Shown here: piece by piece, positions 49,296 to 58,868 of the stretch
Layout of the letters: every line of letters begins with the position of its first letter
How positions within the stretch are numbered: the stretch's first letter is position 1
From: a virus
Lineage: Duplodnaviria; Caudoviricetes
Reading direction: 5' to 3' (one strand)
Virus record (IMG/VR): IMGVR_UViG_3300013382_000001
Span: 1 to 64,000 of that record
Length of the DNA stretch: 64,000 nt
The notes under the pieces: generated by a model
The model's input: the letters and a program-made list of their open reading frames with translations, nothing else
Databases searched by the model: none
What the model was told of the DNA's origin: nothing
Made by a program: the position numbers and the translations under genes

Positions 49296-50534
49296 TTGAC
49301 CATGAAAAATTTAGGGGCAATTTCAGACCCGAAAGACATAATTACAAAAGAATATTTAGATGAGGGTATTGGCAAAACTGTCAATACCCTTGAAGATAAT
49401 GTACAAATGGCTGAAAGTGATATTGAGTCACTTCAGACTGATGTTGGCACATTACAAACAGATAATACTGCAACAAAGGCAGCTGTTAAAACCTTACAAG
49501 ATACATATGTGCCGAATACCAGGAAGGTGAATGGTAAGGCGCTTGATGTCGATATAGAATTAACTGCTTTCGATGTAGGTACTCAACCCGCTGAATGGGA
49601 GTGGAAGGGCGACCGTGCTTATGGCTTGGTTATCGGCACAGGAAGCGGACACGACGTTGAAATAGGTCAAATGACAGTGGAAACGACCGAAGATAGTTAT
49701 GTTGCTTATTATTATGGTCGTTATGTGGATAATTCTTATATTAAGACATCTTTTGATTCTGCATCAAGTTATCGAGCTGTTGAAGTATCAATCGAGCCGA
49801 CTACTGATATGGGGATTGTTAATAAAAAGTTTTTAGAAACTCAACTTGCGAATATATCTATTCCAACAAAAACCTCACAGCTCACTAATGATAGTGGGTT
49901 CCTTACTTCTGCCCCAGTCACTAGTGTAAACAGTAAGACAGGGGCTGTGAAACTTACGGCTTCTGATGTGGGGGCATTATCGTTAAATGACGGTGGTTCA
50001 GTTGGTGGTGGCGTTACCTTCAATGGTAGCGTTATTATAAATGGTGGTGTTAGTCTTAATGGTGTTTTAAAGACAGATATAGATTTGGCAAATGCTCATA
50101 TGTTAAAAAATGGAACAATAGAAAATGTTACCTTTAAAGAATGTACACTAAGTAGCGATTTTAATACAGGCGGTTATTCCATTGCAGGTCTTCCAACTCC
50201 TACATCCAGTTCTGAAGCTACCAATAAAGAATATGTTGATGGTCTTGCTATTCACACAGTTTTATCCACATCCGTTCCGACTACAGCATGGGTAACTAAC
50301 ACTAACTCTCAAGCCACAACTCAAGAAAAAACGGATTTTCCATTTATGGCAACCATATCCATTTCGGGTATGACTACGAATTTTGGTGTTGATGTGTTAT
50401 TGACTTATGATGACCAAATAAGTGGTAATTTCTGTTCATGTGTATATTCTACATCTGGTGGCGTTATTATTGAGGCTAAGGAAAAACCAACTACTACAAT
50501 CACAATTCCTGTGATTCGTTATTGGAAATCTTGA
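49296..50534 (+). CDS. Tail fibre protein ending in adaptor-like domain
   Basis: IPTKTSQLTNDSGF, VTSVNSKTGAV, ATNKEYVD; C-terminal VPTTAWV..FPFMATI...KPTTTITIP. Confidence 0.75.
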   Translation: MTMKNLGAISDPKDIITKEYLDEGIGKTVNTLEDNVQMAESDIESLQTDVGTLQTDNTATKAAVKTLQDTYVPNTRKVNGKALDVDIELTAFDVGTQPAEWEWKGDRAYGLVIGTGSGHDVEIGQMTVETTEDSYVAYYYGRYVDNSYIKTSFDSASSYRAVEVSIEPTTDMGIVNKKFLETQLANISIPTKTSQLTNDSGFLTSAPVTSVNSKTGAVKLTASDVGALSLNDGGSVGGGVTFNGSVIINGGVSLNGVLKTDIDLANAHMLKNGTIENVTFKECTLSSDFNTGGYSIAGLPTPTSSSEATNKEYVDGLAIHTVLSTSVPTTAWVTNTNSQATTQEKTDFPFMATISISGMTTNFGVDVLLTYDDQISGNFCSCVYSTSGGVIIEAKEKPTTTITIPVIRYWKS

Positions 50535-50565
50535 TAAAAACAACAAAAAAAAGGAGTACATGATT

Positions 50566-50962
50566 ATGATAGGACGGGCTAATATATTAAATAATGTTTC
50601 GGGGGGGGGGGGGGGGGGATCATTGTTGATATCAAAAAGGATATAGACCTTCCAATCAAAGTTGATTTTATACCAACATTTGTTGGTATAAATGATAAAA
50701 CATATAGTGGGTAACTCTTTCGAGATTTATATTAGGTTGTAGTGATGTATACATTATAAATACTGATTTACCTCAAAGTATTTTGTCGGAAGATGTTCAT
50801 ATATCTTATAAATTTACTGACGCGTTAGATTATAGAACTAAAATGATTTGGGTGTATTCAACCACATCTCAAATGTTGAATAGGTATATCGATAACGGAT
50901 CTATATATTCAATATCGCCTATGTCTGATATAGATTTCTTACTTATATGTCAAACGAATTAA
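50566..50962 (+). pseudogene. G18-interrupted small tail-tip gene (phase-variable, OFF)
   Basis: RBS AAGGAG, MIGRANILNNVS then G18 (50601-50618); stops at 50644; other frames give IIVDIKKDIDLPIKVDFIPTFVGI and an open frame 50708-50962. Confidence 0.65.
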
Positions 50963-50983
50963 ATTAATAAAAGGAGGTATTAA

Positions 50984-51880
50984 ATGGCTAAATTTTGCGG
51001 AGGCTTCAAGTTTAACCCAACAAGCCTCAAGTTGATAAAGGGGATTCTTTGCCTTTCCGATGCTCAAGATGCCGATATAACAAAAGCCGTGACTGGCTGC
51101 GGGCAGATGTGGGATGGAGAGACATTTAAAATTGTAAAAGTCGATGGTTATAAACCATGCATTACATTGAAAACAAATGGTCATCCTGTTCAAAATATAC
51201 TTATAGGAAATTGCGGTATTAGTTTGGATGGTGAATTCTTTATGAAGGACTCATCCACACAAGCCGTTAGTGTAGTCAACGGTTATATTTTGAAGATTAC
51301 AGTTATTCCATCATCTGCACAAGTTGTAGTAATGAACGAAGCTCAAGAGGTCATTCAGCCAACAGGCATTAATACATACACTTTGAGTGACATTGATGCA
51401 AAATATAGTGTGACTGTCAGTGAAAAAGGATATATTGGACAAAGTAGAACAATTGTGAATAATCAAAACCAGAGTTTGATTTTGATGTTAAGTAATGTTC
51501 TGTCACTTTACAATGGTAGCATTGATATTCAAAACAAGGCGACTTATGGCGATGTAGACCAATATGTAGTATCGTTCCCTACTCCAATTGCATTTGAAAC
51601 AGGTCAACAATATCAAGTAACCTTTGATCATAAAAAATATATTGTGACAGCGCAAAGTGCAGCAAACACTGATGTAACAGGTTCTTATACGCTTGTATAT
51701 TTAGGTACTACAAATGGTGATATTAAAATTGGTACAGCTGGAACAATTGAGAATCCATCCTTCACTGATTATCCATTTATGTTGAAAACTAAGATAGATG
51801 ATAAAGGTGAATTAGAATCTACATCGATTTCTGCTACTAAAGCAGGTAATTATGAACTTAAAATTATTCCATGGGAATAA
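50984..51880 (+). CDS. Virion-associated beta-rich protein (PEGA-like central domain)
   Basis: YSVTVSEKGY; GxCG...DG..F repeats resembling the N-terminus of ORF 31001. Confidence 0.55.
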   Translation: MAKFCGGFKFNPTSLKLIKGILCLSDAQDADITKAVTGCGQMWDGETFKIVKVDGYKPCITLKTNGHPVQNILIGNCGISLDGEFFMKDSSTQAVSVVNGYILKITVIPSSAQVVVMNEAQEVIQPTGINTYTLSDIDAKYSVTVSEKGYIGQSRTIVNNQNQSLILMLSNVLSLYNGSIDIQNKATYGDVDQYVVSFPTPIAFETGQQYQVTFDHKKYIVTAQSAANTDVTGSYTLVYLGTTNGDIKIGTAGTIENPSFTDYPFMLKTKIDDKGELESTSISATKAGNYELKIIPWE

Positions 51881-51909
51881 AAAGACAGAGAATCAACTCT
51901 GTCTTTTTT
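51880..51909. terminator. Bidirectional terminator at convergent junction
   Basis: AAAAGACAGAG-AATCAA-CTCTGTCTTTT. Confidence 0.75.
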
Positions 51910-52091
51910 CGGATTCATTTAGATTCTATAATTGTTACATCTTTTATAGCATTTTCCTCTTTGGTCTTATGCCCCCATCATGCGATTATTTCGCCCTAAT
52001 ACAATATGGACTATTATCTGCAAAAGCAAATAATGCAACATCTGGTTTACATAAACGGCATGTTTTACATACGCACGCATTGTTATGAATG

Positions 52092-52574
52092 CTAATGGAG
52101 TTTTTTATCTGTTGGCAGTTTGACACCATTAGTACTACCGAATCCCCCATCTTTTCGTTCGCTATCAATCGTCATAATTTCTTCTTCTGTATATTCTTCA
52201 ATCACTTTTTTTGGATTCGGAATAAGTACCCCTTGTGCAATTGCTTGAGTCAGATCAAGATTATAAGGTTTGTCTGTTGTGTTCTCTAAGCACACAATTA
52301 TTTCCCCTCTATACCCACTATCAATAACGCCTGCTCTAAGTGCAATACCTTGTGAACCAAGTGAACTACGTTCCTTGAGAATCATGCTATATTCTTTATC
52401 CATAGCCATAATAATACCAGTCGACAACTTTGCCACCATATGTGGTTCGAGCGTATATTGTAATTGAGACTGATTAAAATAGTAAAAATCTAATCCTAAA
52501 TCTTCTTCCCTCCCTGTTGGAATTGTTGCTGTAGGTAAGCACTTAGCGAACTTAATTGTAGTAACATCTCTCAT
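52092..52574 (-). CDS. dut: Trimeric dUTPase
   Basis: RSSLG, GVIDSGYRGEI, AQ, R..GGFGST. Confidence 0.93.
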   Translation of the reverse strand: MRDVTTIKFAKCLPTATIPTGREEDLGLDFYYFNQSQLQYTLEPHMVAKLSTGIIMAMDKEYSMILKERSSLGSQGIALRAGVIDSGYRGEIIVCLENTTDKPYNLDLTQAIAQGVLIPNPKKVIEEYTEEEIMTIDSERKDGGFGSTNGVKLPTDKKLH

Positions 52575-53232
52575 AAAATTCGTTATCCTCCTGTTCTTTC
52601 TTTATTTCTCGAATTGTATCAGCGTAAGCTTCGGCTGCATTAATACAAAATCTTACCAAACCATCATTAAATTCATTCCATGTGTAGTCACATATTGTTG
52701 TGGTATTCCATGGTTGTAAAATTTTAATAACGGCAAATGGTGGATTTTGCTTTAGCATAAACTTTTCTAGCGTTTCTGGTTTATCATCAATGACGATATC
52801 TGCATCAAGCCTCCACTTTTCTTTCATGCAGATAATTTGGCTTGGTTTGATAAACGGAAACAACTCAAAAAAGCGGTTTAATTTAGCTGTAGCCGTTTTA
52901 TAATGGGTATCCGTACAAATTATTAAGTCGATATTTTTGTGGGCATTGAGTGTATTTAACGCAGTTTTGATGGTTGGTGAAACAGTAATATTCTGCCAAA
53001 AGATATCATCAGCTAAAACATCCCAGAATAATTTTTTATTACTCGGATTAAGACGCTCTTCAATATCCCAAGAAGTTACCATTGATTTATTGAGTGACTT
53101 ATCGTGTTCATCGTCTAAAATAGCGTACTTATAACTTTGTGCCCGTCGTTTTTTATAAGTTGTAATCCAGTTTTCCACTAAATCCCATATACAATCATCA
53201 ATATCTATCATTATGGTAATTTTGTCATACAT
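52552..53232 (-). CDS. HAD 5'(3')-deoxyribonucleotidase
   Basis: IDIDDCI, K, IVIDD, PWN motifs. Confidence 0.8.
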   Translation of the reverse strand: MYDKITIMIDIDDCIWDLVENWITTYKKRRAQSYKYAILDDEHDKSLNKSMVTSWDIEERLNPSNKKLFWDVLADDIFWQNITVSPTIKTALNTLNAHKNIDLIICTDTHYKTATAKLNRFFELFPFIKPSQIICMKEKWRLDADIVIDDKPETLEKFMLKQNPPFAVIKILQPWNTTTICDYTWNEFNDGLVRFCINAAEAYADTIREIKKEQEDNEFYERCYYN

Positions 53233-53837
53233 TTTTTTTCTCCTTGATAATAATGGTCTAATTCTGCCATGCTCATAAGATGGTAAATTTGAAGCCCGGC
53301 CTTTTCAATAGTGTCATTTAAATTGTTAGTAACTGCAAATGTATATTGCAAATTATCAAATTTTTTAACATCGTTTGTAATTCTAGCTCCGATAGTTTCG
53401 TCATCATCTCCTCTTATCTCCATACGTGCAGCACGAACATAAACACTTGCATAAAGATATATAGTTAAAAGCTCTTTATTTAACCCATATTTTTCTTTAT
53501 ATTGTTTCAGAGTTTCAATTCCATCAGGGTCAATAATATAAATGTCTGAATTTTCAACTTGTTCTTTTGTTGCACAATATTTATATCCGTCAAATTCTGT
53601 ATAGGCAACCTTATCCTCGAGAGCCTCAAATTCCTCTTCTGATATAAAAATATGTCCTTTTTCACCCTCAAATCTTGGTGGACGTGTGGTATAAGATTCT
53701 AAAACCTTCATATCAAAATTTTGTGCTACAAAGTTTGCAATCGATGTTTTACCACATCCCGATTCTCCGACAAGTAATGTCAATACTTTTTTATCATGAT
53801 TTCTCATAATAATATTAACCATTTTTTGACTAATCAT
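53211..53837 (-). CDS. gmk: Guanylate kinase
   Basis: GESGCGKT, SYTTRPPR..E, HIF, DPDG. Confidence 0.9.
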   Translation of the reverse strand: MISQKMVNIIMRNHDKKVLTLLVGESGCGKTSIANFVAQNFDMKVLESYTTRPPRFEGEKGHIFISEEEFEALEDKVAYTEFDGYKYCATKEQVENSDIYIIDPDGIETLKQYKEKYGLNKELLTIYLYASVYVRAARMEIRGDDDETIGARITNDVKKFDNLQYTFAVTNNLNDTIEKAGLQIYHLMSMAELDHYYQGEKKCMTKLP

Positions 53838-53846
53838 AATTCCTCC

Positions 53847-54119
53847 TTAATCTTCCCATTCTTCCACTAAAATTAAGATTGTATTGTATTCATCATCATT
53901 TGTAGCAGGGTTAAAATAAATTCCAACAATATCTTTGAAGGTAATTGCTCCTAAAAAATCCCTTTCTTTATTGCATATTGTTATGCCTTCAGTTTTTAAA
54001 ACAGTTAAATATGATTCAATCATATCTTTATGAATACGAGTGGCGAAATAATACTCTTTAAATTCAACATCATTTGCATTAATATATTTAACTAAATAAT
54101 AATTATCTACATTCATCAT
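53847..54119 (-). CDS. Hypothetical protein
   Basis: RBS GAAGGTGG + ATG 54119. Confidence 0.55.
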   Translation of the reverse strand: MMNVDNYYLVKYINANDVEFKEYYFATRIHKDMIESYLTVLKTEGITICNKERDFLGAITFKDIVGIYFNPATNDDEYNTILILVEEWED

Positions 54120-54354
54120 CTTTTCCACCTTCTTTCTTGCGATAATGTTCAAGCCATGCTTTTTCTTGAATTGTGTGTTCCATTCCATAGAAAGCTTTAT
54201 AATTCAACCAATAATAGTGTTGCAAATCATATTCATCTTGACTTAAAGTAATGAAATTTACATTTCTTTGTGCGCAAAATTCCTCAAAAGTCTTAGCAAT
54301 CTTAGCTTTGAATTGTTTGTTGTTTTTCTTGCGTTTATTGTGACTGTAGCTCAT
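54103..54354 (-). CDS. Hypothetical protein
   Basis: RBS AGGAGG; TTGACA promoter-like element upstream (54405-54410). Confidence 0.6.
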   Translation of the reverse strand: MSYSHNKRKKNNKQFKAKIAKTFEEFCAQRNVNFITLSQDEYDLQHYYWLNYKAFYGMEHTIQEKAWLEHYRKKEGGKDDECR

Positions 54355-54418
54355 ATTGTACCTCCTTTATTTTGTCACGAATATTAATAATAAACGAGAC
54401 AATTTGTCAAGGGAAAGA

Positions 54419-54793
54419 TTATTTATCTTTCCCTTTTTTCTTATGCGCTTTACGGACATCTTTAAGTTCAACCCAATGATTCTTGTCGTTGCGATAATCC
54501 TTAAGTTCCCAGTCATTGAACAACTTAGCCACTTCATCATTGCTCATGAGCTTCTTCAGTACACAAAACGCCAAGCCTGCATCTGGGTTGTAAAGGGTAT
54601 CCTTTGGGCATACATTACGAGTTTCTGTACCATCGCTCCAAAAGACGATTGTGGCAGGATTATTGTAAAGAATTCTTTCAATATAAACTTTGTTACCTAA
54701 TACTCCATATACATCTTTTACATAAATTGGTGATAAAGTGCCTCCATATTCTGCTTTTTCTAATGGTTTAGTGTAAATAATTTCATCCTTCAT
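54419..54793 (-). CDS. Conserved phage protein
   Basis: YNNPATIVFWSDGT.T...GLAFC..KK motif. Confidence 0.7.
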   Translation of the reverse strand: MKDEIIYTKPLEKAEYGGTLSPIYVKDVYGVLGNKVYIERILYNNPATIVFWSDGTETRNVCPKDTLYNPDAGLAFCVLKKLMSNDEVAKLFNDWELKDYRNDKNHWVELKDVRKAHKKKGKDK

Positions 54794-55400
54794 TTTGTTC
54801 TCCTTTCTTCTTATCCCATTTATCATATAACCATGTATTATATATTTTATACCGCTCTTGGATATTTGTCAAGTCAATTTTTACAAATGGCAACCACTTT
54901 TCTACCATTTTGCAGCAATTCATCTCACAACATCCACACCGATACACACAATTGGGAATCATCATATCGGCAATCAACGGTTCAATTTTATGCAACTCAT
55001 ACTTAAACTCTTCCCAAAGTTCCCTTGTTTCTTTACTCGCTTGGAAACACAATCTTTTTCTGCTCGTGTCAATTAAGTGTTGCACATTTAACTCACAACG
55101 CATAGATACAGGGGAATCTTGGGGTAGAGTATGTCTATCTACCCCTGTCCGATCAGTGCGCTGTGTCTGTACGAACTTTTCCCATTTGTGTCGAACAAGA
55201 TGTGTCGCTACCCATGTTGGAATATTCTCAAAGTCTACGCGAATGATTAAATCACGAATTGGAGAATGTTCGGCGGTCAAGATTGATTGCTTAAATTTAT
55301 CACTTGGTTCTTTGGTAAGAGGCGGTTTGCTGACTGTAAATCGACAATCATTAAGTACCTCATTCCATGAGCCTTTTAAGTTAATATTAGTTATTTTCAT
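54783..55400 (-). CDS. thyX: Flavin-dependent thymidylate synthase
   Basis: AEHSPIR, THLVRH, RLC..AS.ETR. Confidence 0.85.
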   Translation of the reverse strand: MKITNINLKGSWNEVLNDCRFTVSKPPLTKEPSDKFKQSILTAEHSPIRDLIIRVDFENIPTWVATHLVRHKWEKFVQTQRTDRTGVDRHTLPQDSPVSMRCELNVQHLIDTSRKRLCFQASKETRELWEEFKYELHKIEPLIADMMIPNCVYRCGCCEMNCCKMVEKWLPFVKIDLTNIQERYKIYNTWLYDKWDKKKGEQNEG

Positions 55401-55648
55401 ATCAATACCTCGCCCTTATGTTCAGACTTATCGTTCTTTTCAAAATGTAAGGTAATATCTATACTACCATCATCATTTTTTACAATGTCGTGGTCTGTGA
55501 TAGTATATAACTTTGACACTCGTTCTGGAATATATTCTTTTGCCCACGAGTAAACTTTAGCAGTACTTGGATTGAGGTCATGGGTTACAAGAACATAGCC
55601 AAGAATAAGAGCAAGGATGATGATAATAATTATTAAGATTTTTTTCAT
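55397..55648 (-). CDS. Small membrane-anchored protein
   Basis: N-terminal hydrophobic stretch. Confidence 0.6.
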   Translation of the reverse strand: MKKILIIIIIILALILGYVLVTHDLNPSTAKVYSWAKEYIPERVSKLYTITDHDIVKNDDGSIDITLHFEKNDKSEHKGEVLI

Positions 55649-55658
55649 TTAGACCTCC

Positions 55659-57173
55659 TTAATCGCATTTACTATAGCCACATGCTTTGCAAAGATTACA
55701 TCCGCCCTCGAACACTAATGGTTCGCCACATTCTGGGCATATAGGTTTAAGTGGTTTGATGTGTCCTTCTTCGTTGCCATCAACATATTTATCTTCTTCT
55801 TGTGTTACAGGGGAACTAATTGTCAATGGTTTTTCTTCGTATTCTTCTAAATCGAAATCTGCAAAACAGCGTTCTTTAATCTTGTCACATAAGTCCTCTA
55901 ATGCATATCCAATAGCACTTGGACAACTTGAGCCTTTGCTTGTGTCATGTTTTTTATTAGTACGAGATACATAAGCCGTGCAAGGTTTAATTGATTTACA
56001 TTGGTCAATAATATCCTCAACAGACACTCCTGCTCTAAGTGCTAATGACATAAGACGAGAAATAAGTTGAAGATTTCTTTCGCATGAGCCGCTAGACCCT
56101 ACATTGATAAATGTTTCCATTGGCTCACCTGTTAATTCATCAAAATATGTTTCAAAATGAATTGAGCCACAACCTGTTTGCAGCTTACGCTTCGCACCAA
56201 TAAGGTCATCAGATACAGATAAAATCGTACCACGAGAAAGTTTTGTCTTGGGTTTTTCGTTTTGTTCTGTTTCTTTGTCATCTTGAGTTGTCAAAATCCC
56301 AAGTCTCTTACATCCATCTCGAAAAATTGTTACACCTTTTAAGCCACAGCTCCAAGCATACAAGTATAGTTCTTCAATCTCTTCTTGAGTGGTTTCCTTT
56401 GGAAGATTTACAGTAGAGCTAATTGCAGTATCAATATGTTTTTGAATAACTGCTTGTGTCTTAATTCTATCTCTCCAATGGATATCAGCACTCGACACAA
56501 AATAATCTGGGAGTTCACCCATGTTGCCTGTAATTCTGCGATATTCTTTTACAATATTTGAAGCAATTTTATATGATTCATTCAAATTGTCAGTTCTACG
56601 AGTGTAAGATAAAGCGAACTCAGGCTCTATCCCGCCCGAGCCACCGACCATTGTACTAATACTCCCGTTGGGAGCGATAGATAAAAGAGTACAATTCCTA
56701 AAATATAATGCACCTCTTTCTTTTAAATTTTGGGGTGCGTGATTCTGAAATATTCTTGAATTTTGAACTAAATAACCATTAAATCTAGGATAGTTACCAT
56801 TTTTTTCTCCTCTATCATTATTCGATACAATTGCTTCAGCCATCATAAACATGAATAAATCATCTGTAAATCGGATAGCATCCTCACTGCCATATTTTAA
56901 ACCTAATGCCATGAGCATATGTGCGTAATTAAATACGCCAAGCCCAATATTTCGCCAATCATAAGCATTTGCCTTATACGTATCTAATTCTTTTGGTAAT
57001 CTTGGAGCATTTTCTTCAATAATGTCATCAAGAGCATTTGAAGCAATATTAATGGCTTTTTTAAACTCTACAAAATCAAAGTAAGCATTAGGTGTAAATT
57101 TTTCTTTAACAAATTCATATAGATTCAATGAACCTAAATTACAGCAAGTCTTTGCTTTAAGTGGTTGTTCTCC
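55659..57173 (-). CDS. nrdJ: Class II (B12) ribonucleotide reductase, exon 2
   Basis: GEQPL, CNLGSLN, R.IGLG, IAPNGSIS, SGGIEP, AISSTVNL, GLKGVT.FR, TSCPD-like domain and Zn-ribbon tail. Confidence 0.93.
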   Translation of the reverse strand, partial: GEQPLKAKTCCNLGSLNLYEFVKEKFTPNAYFDFVEFKKAINIASNALDDIIEENAPRLPKELDTYKANAYDWRNIGLGVFNYAHMLMALGLKYGSEDAIRFTDDLFMFMMAEAIVSNNDRGEKNGNYPRFNGYLVQNSRIFQNHAPQNLKERGALYFRNCTLLSIAPNGSISTMVGGSGGIEPEFALSYTRRTDNLNESYKIASNIVKEYRRITGNMGELPDYFVSSADIHWRDRIKTQAVIQKHIDTAISSTVNLPKETTQEEIEELYLYAWSCGLKGVTIFRDGCKRLGILTTQDDKETEQNEKPKTKLSRGTILSVSDDLIGAKRKLQTGCGSIHFETYFDELTGEPMETFINVGSSGSCERNLQLISRLMSLALRAGVSVEDIIDQCKSIKPCTAYVSRTNKKHDTSKGSSCPSAIGYALEDLCDKIKERCFADFDLEEYEEKPLTISSPVTQEEDKYVDGNEEGHIKPLKPICPECGEPLVFEGGCNLCKACGYSKCD

Positions 57174-58073
57174 CAAGTACAACCATAAACTTTAGACTAT
57201 ATCTTATCCCTCAACTTTACTTGCTAGGGCAATCGCACTTATAGAGTTTTGAAACTTCCAATCTTCTTCATTCATCCATTTTGGTCGTTTCTCGTATCCC
57301 AGATATAACTTATAAATCATACTTGGAACAATATATGGTTTGATTAAATTTATGAATTTACAATAATCTTTTGTTCTTAATCTGATTCTATAACTATTGT
57401 TTCTTTTTATTGGACAAAATTCTATATCAAACTTTCTATGTATTTCCTTACATATCATATTTATATTTTCTAAAGAATATCTATCTGTGCAAATATCAAC
57501 TCTTCTATTTTTGATATGTCCACTTTGAATACCTACCAAACAAATATATCCATCTGACATATACCAATTCGCTATTCCGTTTGGAGTCAACCAATTTATC
57601 GCATTTTTTGTTATTATTCTGTGTTTATAGTCATCATAAAAATTATGATATTTTTTTGCGAAATATGGGTGTGCGCTAATAACAAACTCCCAACTCTCTT
57701 TATGGGTGATATTATGCATGTCAGTATAAGATTTATAGTGTTTAATATAGCTATTAAATGTATTACATGAATTAATATCCTCATATAATTTATAAATAAA
57801 ATCTCTATAAATAGATTTTATCCTAAATGCTCTTTTAGTGACACCAGAATCAATATGTCCATCTCCAATAATCAAACCTGTTAAATATCCTTTTAACTCA
57901 CTTGTATTCATTTGCGTTATAACCTCCTATAACTTTGCTATTTAAACTCTAACTTAGTCGTTGAACCTTATTCTGTATTTCAACAGAATCTTGGCTGCTG
58001 ATTAGCTGTCGCTTTCCAGCAATTCACGATTGATTATTTCATAAAATTACTTTTATGCCGTGCAGATTGGTTT
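57174..58073 (-). mobile_element. Group I intron (900 nt) in nrdJ
   Basis: P1 CCGUGU/GCACGG, P AATTGCTGGAA, Q AATCAGCAGC, R GTTCAACGACTA, S AAGATATAGTC; restores NPC|GEQPL. Confidence 0.93.
57204..57911 (-). CDS. Intron-encoded LAGLIDADG homing endonuclease
   Basis: YLTGLIIGDG and IANWYMSDG motifs, IVPSMIYK. Confidence 0.9.
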   Translation of the reverse strand: MNTSELKGYLTGLIIGDGHIDSGVTKRAFRIKSIYRDFIYKLYEDINSCNTFNSYIKHYKSYTDMHNITHKESWEFVISAHPYFAKKYHNFYDDYKHRIITKNAINWLTPNGIANWYMSDGYICLVGIQSGHIKNRRVDICTDRYSLENINMICKEIHRKFDIEFCPIKRNNSYRIRLRTKDYCKFINLIKPYIVPSMIYKLYLGYEKRPKWMNEEDWKFQNSISAIALASKVEG

Positions 58074-58868
58074 ACACGGATTGCAAGTTTCTATGCTATA
58101 TTCGTCATCAAACTCTAAGAAATTATGGTTTCTAAATTCATCAACAAAGATACACCCTGGCTCTCCATAATCCCATACAACTTTCATCATAAGTTTGTAT
58201 AAGTCAATAGGCACAATATCATATTCTACAATGTGTCCATTGTAATCGTATTTTTTATGGAATGTTTTTACCGTTCCATCATAATAATATTCTTGAACAG
58301 CTGTCATAAACTCATCATCAATTTCCATAGAAAGATTCGCTTTTGTGACAGCATCTAAATCTGTTTTAAGCTTGATAAAGCTTTCAGCCTCTTTATGGTT
58401 GATGTCTAAGCTAATCATCAATGCACCTTTTCTTGCGCCACCTTGTGAAGTTCCCTTTGTCACAGTATTGAACATTTCAATAAATGGGATAATACCATCA
58501 GATTCATAATTATCACCGATTTTAGTTCCTTTTGGTCTAAGTTTCGACATTGAGATGCCTTGCCCGCCTTGATATTTAAAAGTAATGCCAACTTCTTTTA
58601 GGACATCCATAATTCCTGCATAGTCATCTGGAACGTATCCTGCACTGAAGCAATTATAAAAATTTCCACTGTTAGGAATGCCACGATTTGCAAGAACTCT
58701 TCCTCCAAATAAAAATTTTTTATCCTTGATTAATTGTCTAAGTTTTTCATTGTTACCACTTACCCTATCAAGCCATTTATCGAATGTCTCATTGTTATAT
58801 TGATATTTTTTATGCCAAATATCTTGTCCAATTTGGTTATCTTCTCCTAGCCATTCTTCTATTCTCAT
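58074..58868 (-). CDS. nrdJ: Class II ribonucleotide reductase, exon 1
   Basis: FLFGGRVL, NCF, GGGQG..S.LRP, QGGARKGA, GEPG, TCNPC; 769 aa spliced. Confidence 0.93.

Noticed and set aside
42784-51880. Diversity-generating retroelement or invertase shufflon acting on tail genes
   Set aside because: No reverse transcriptase or recombinase in the window, no TR/VR pair seen, and all cassettes are on one strand; cannot be excluded elsewhere in the genome.
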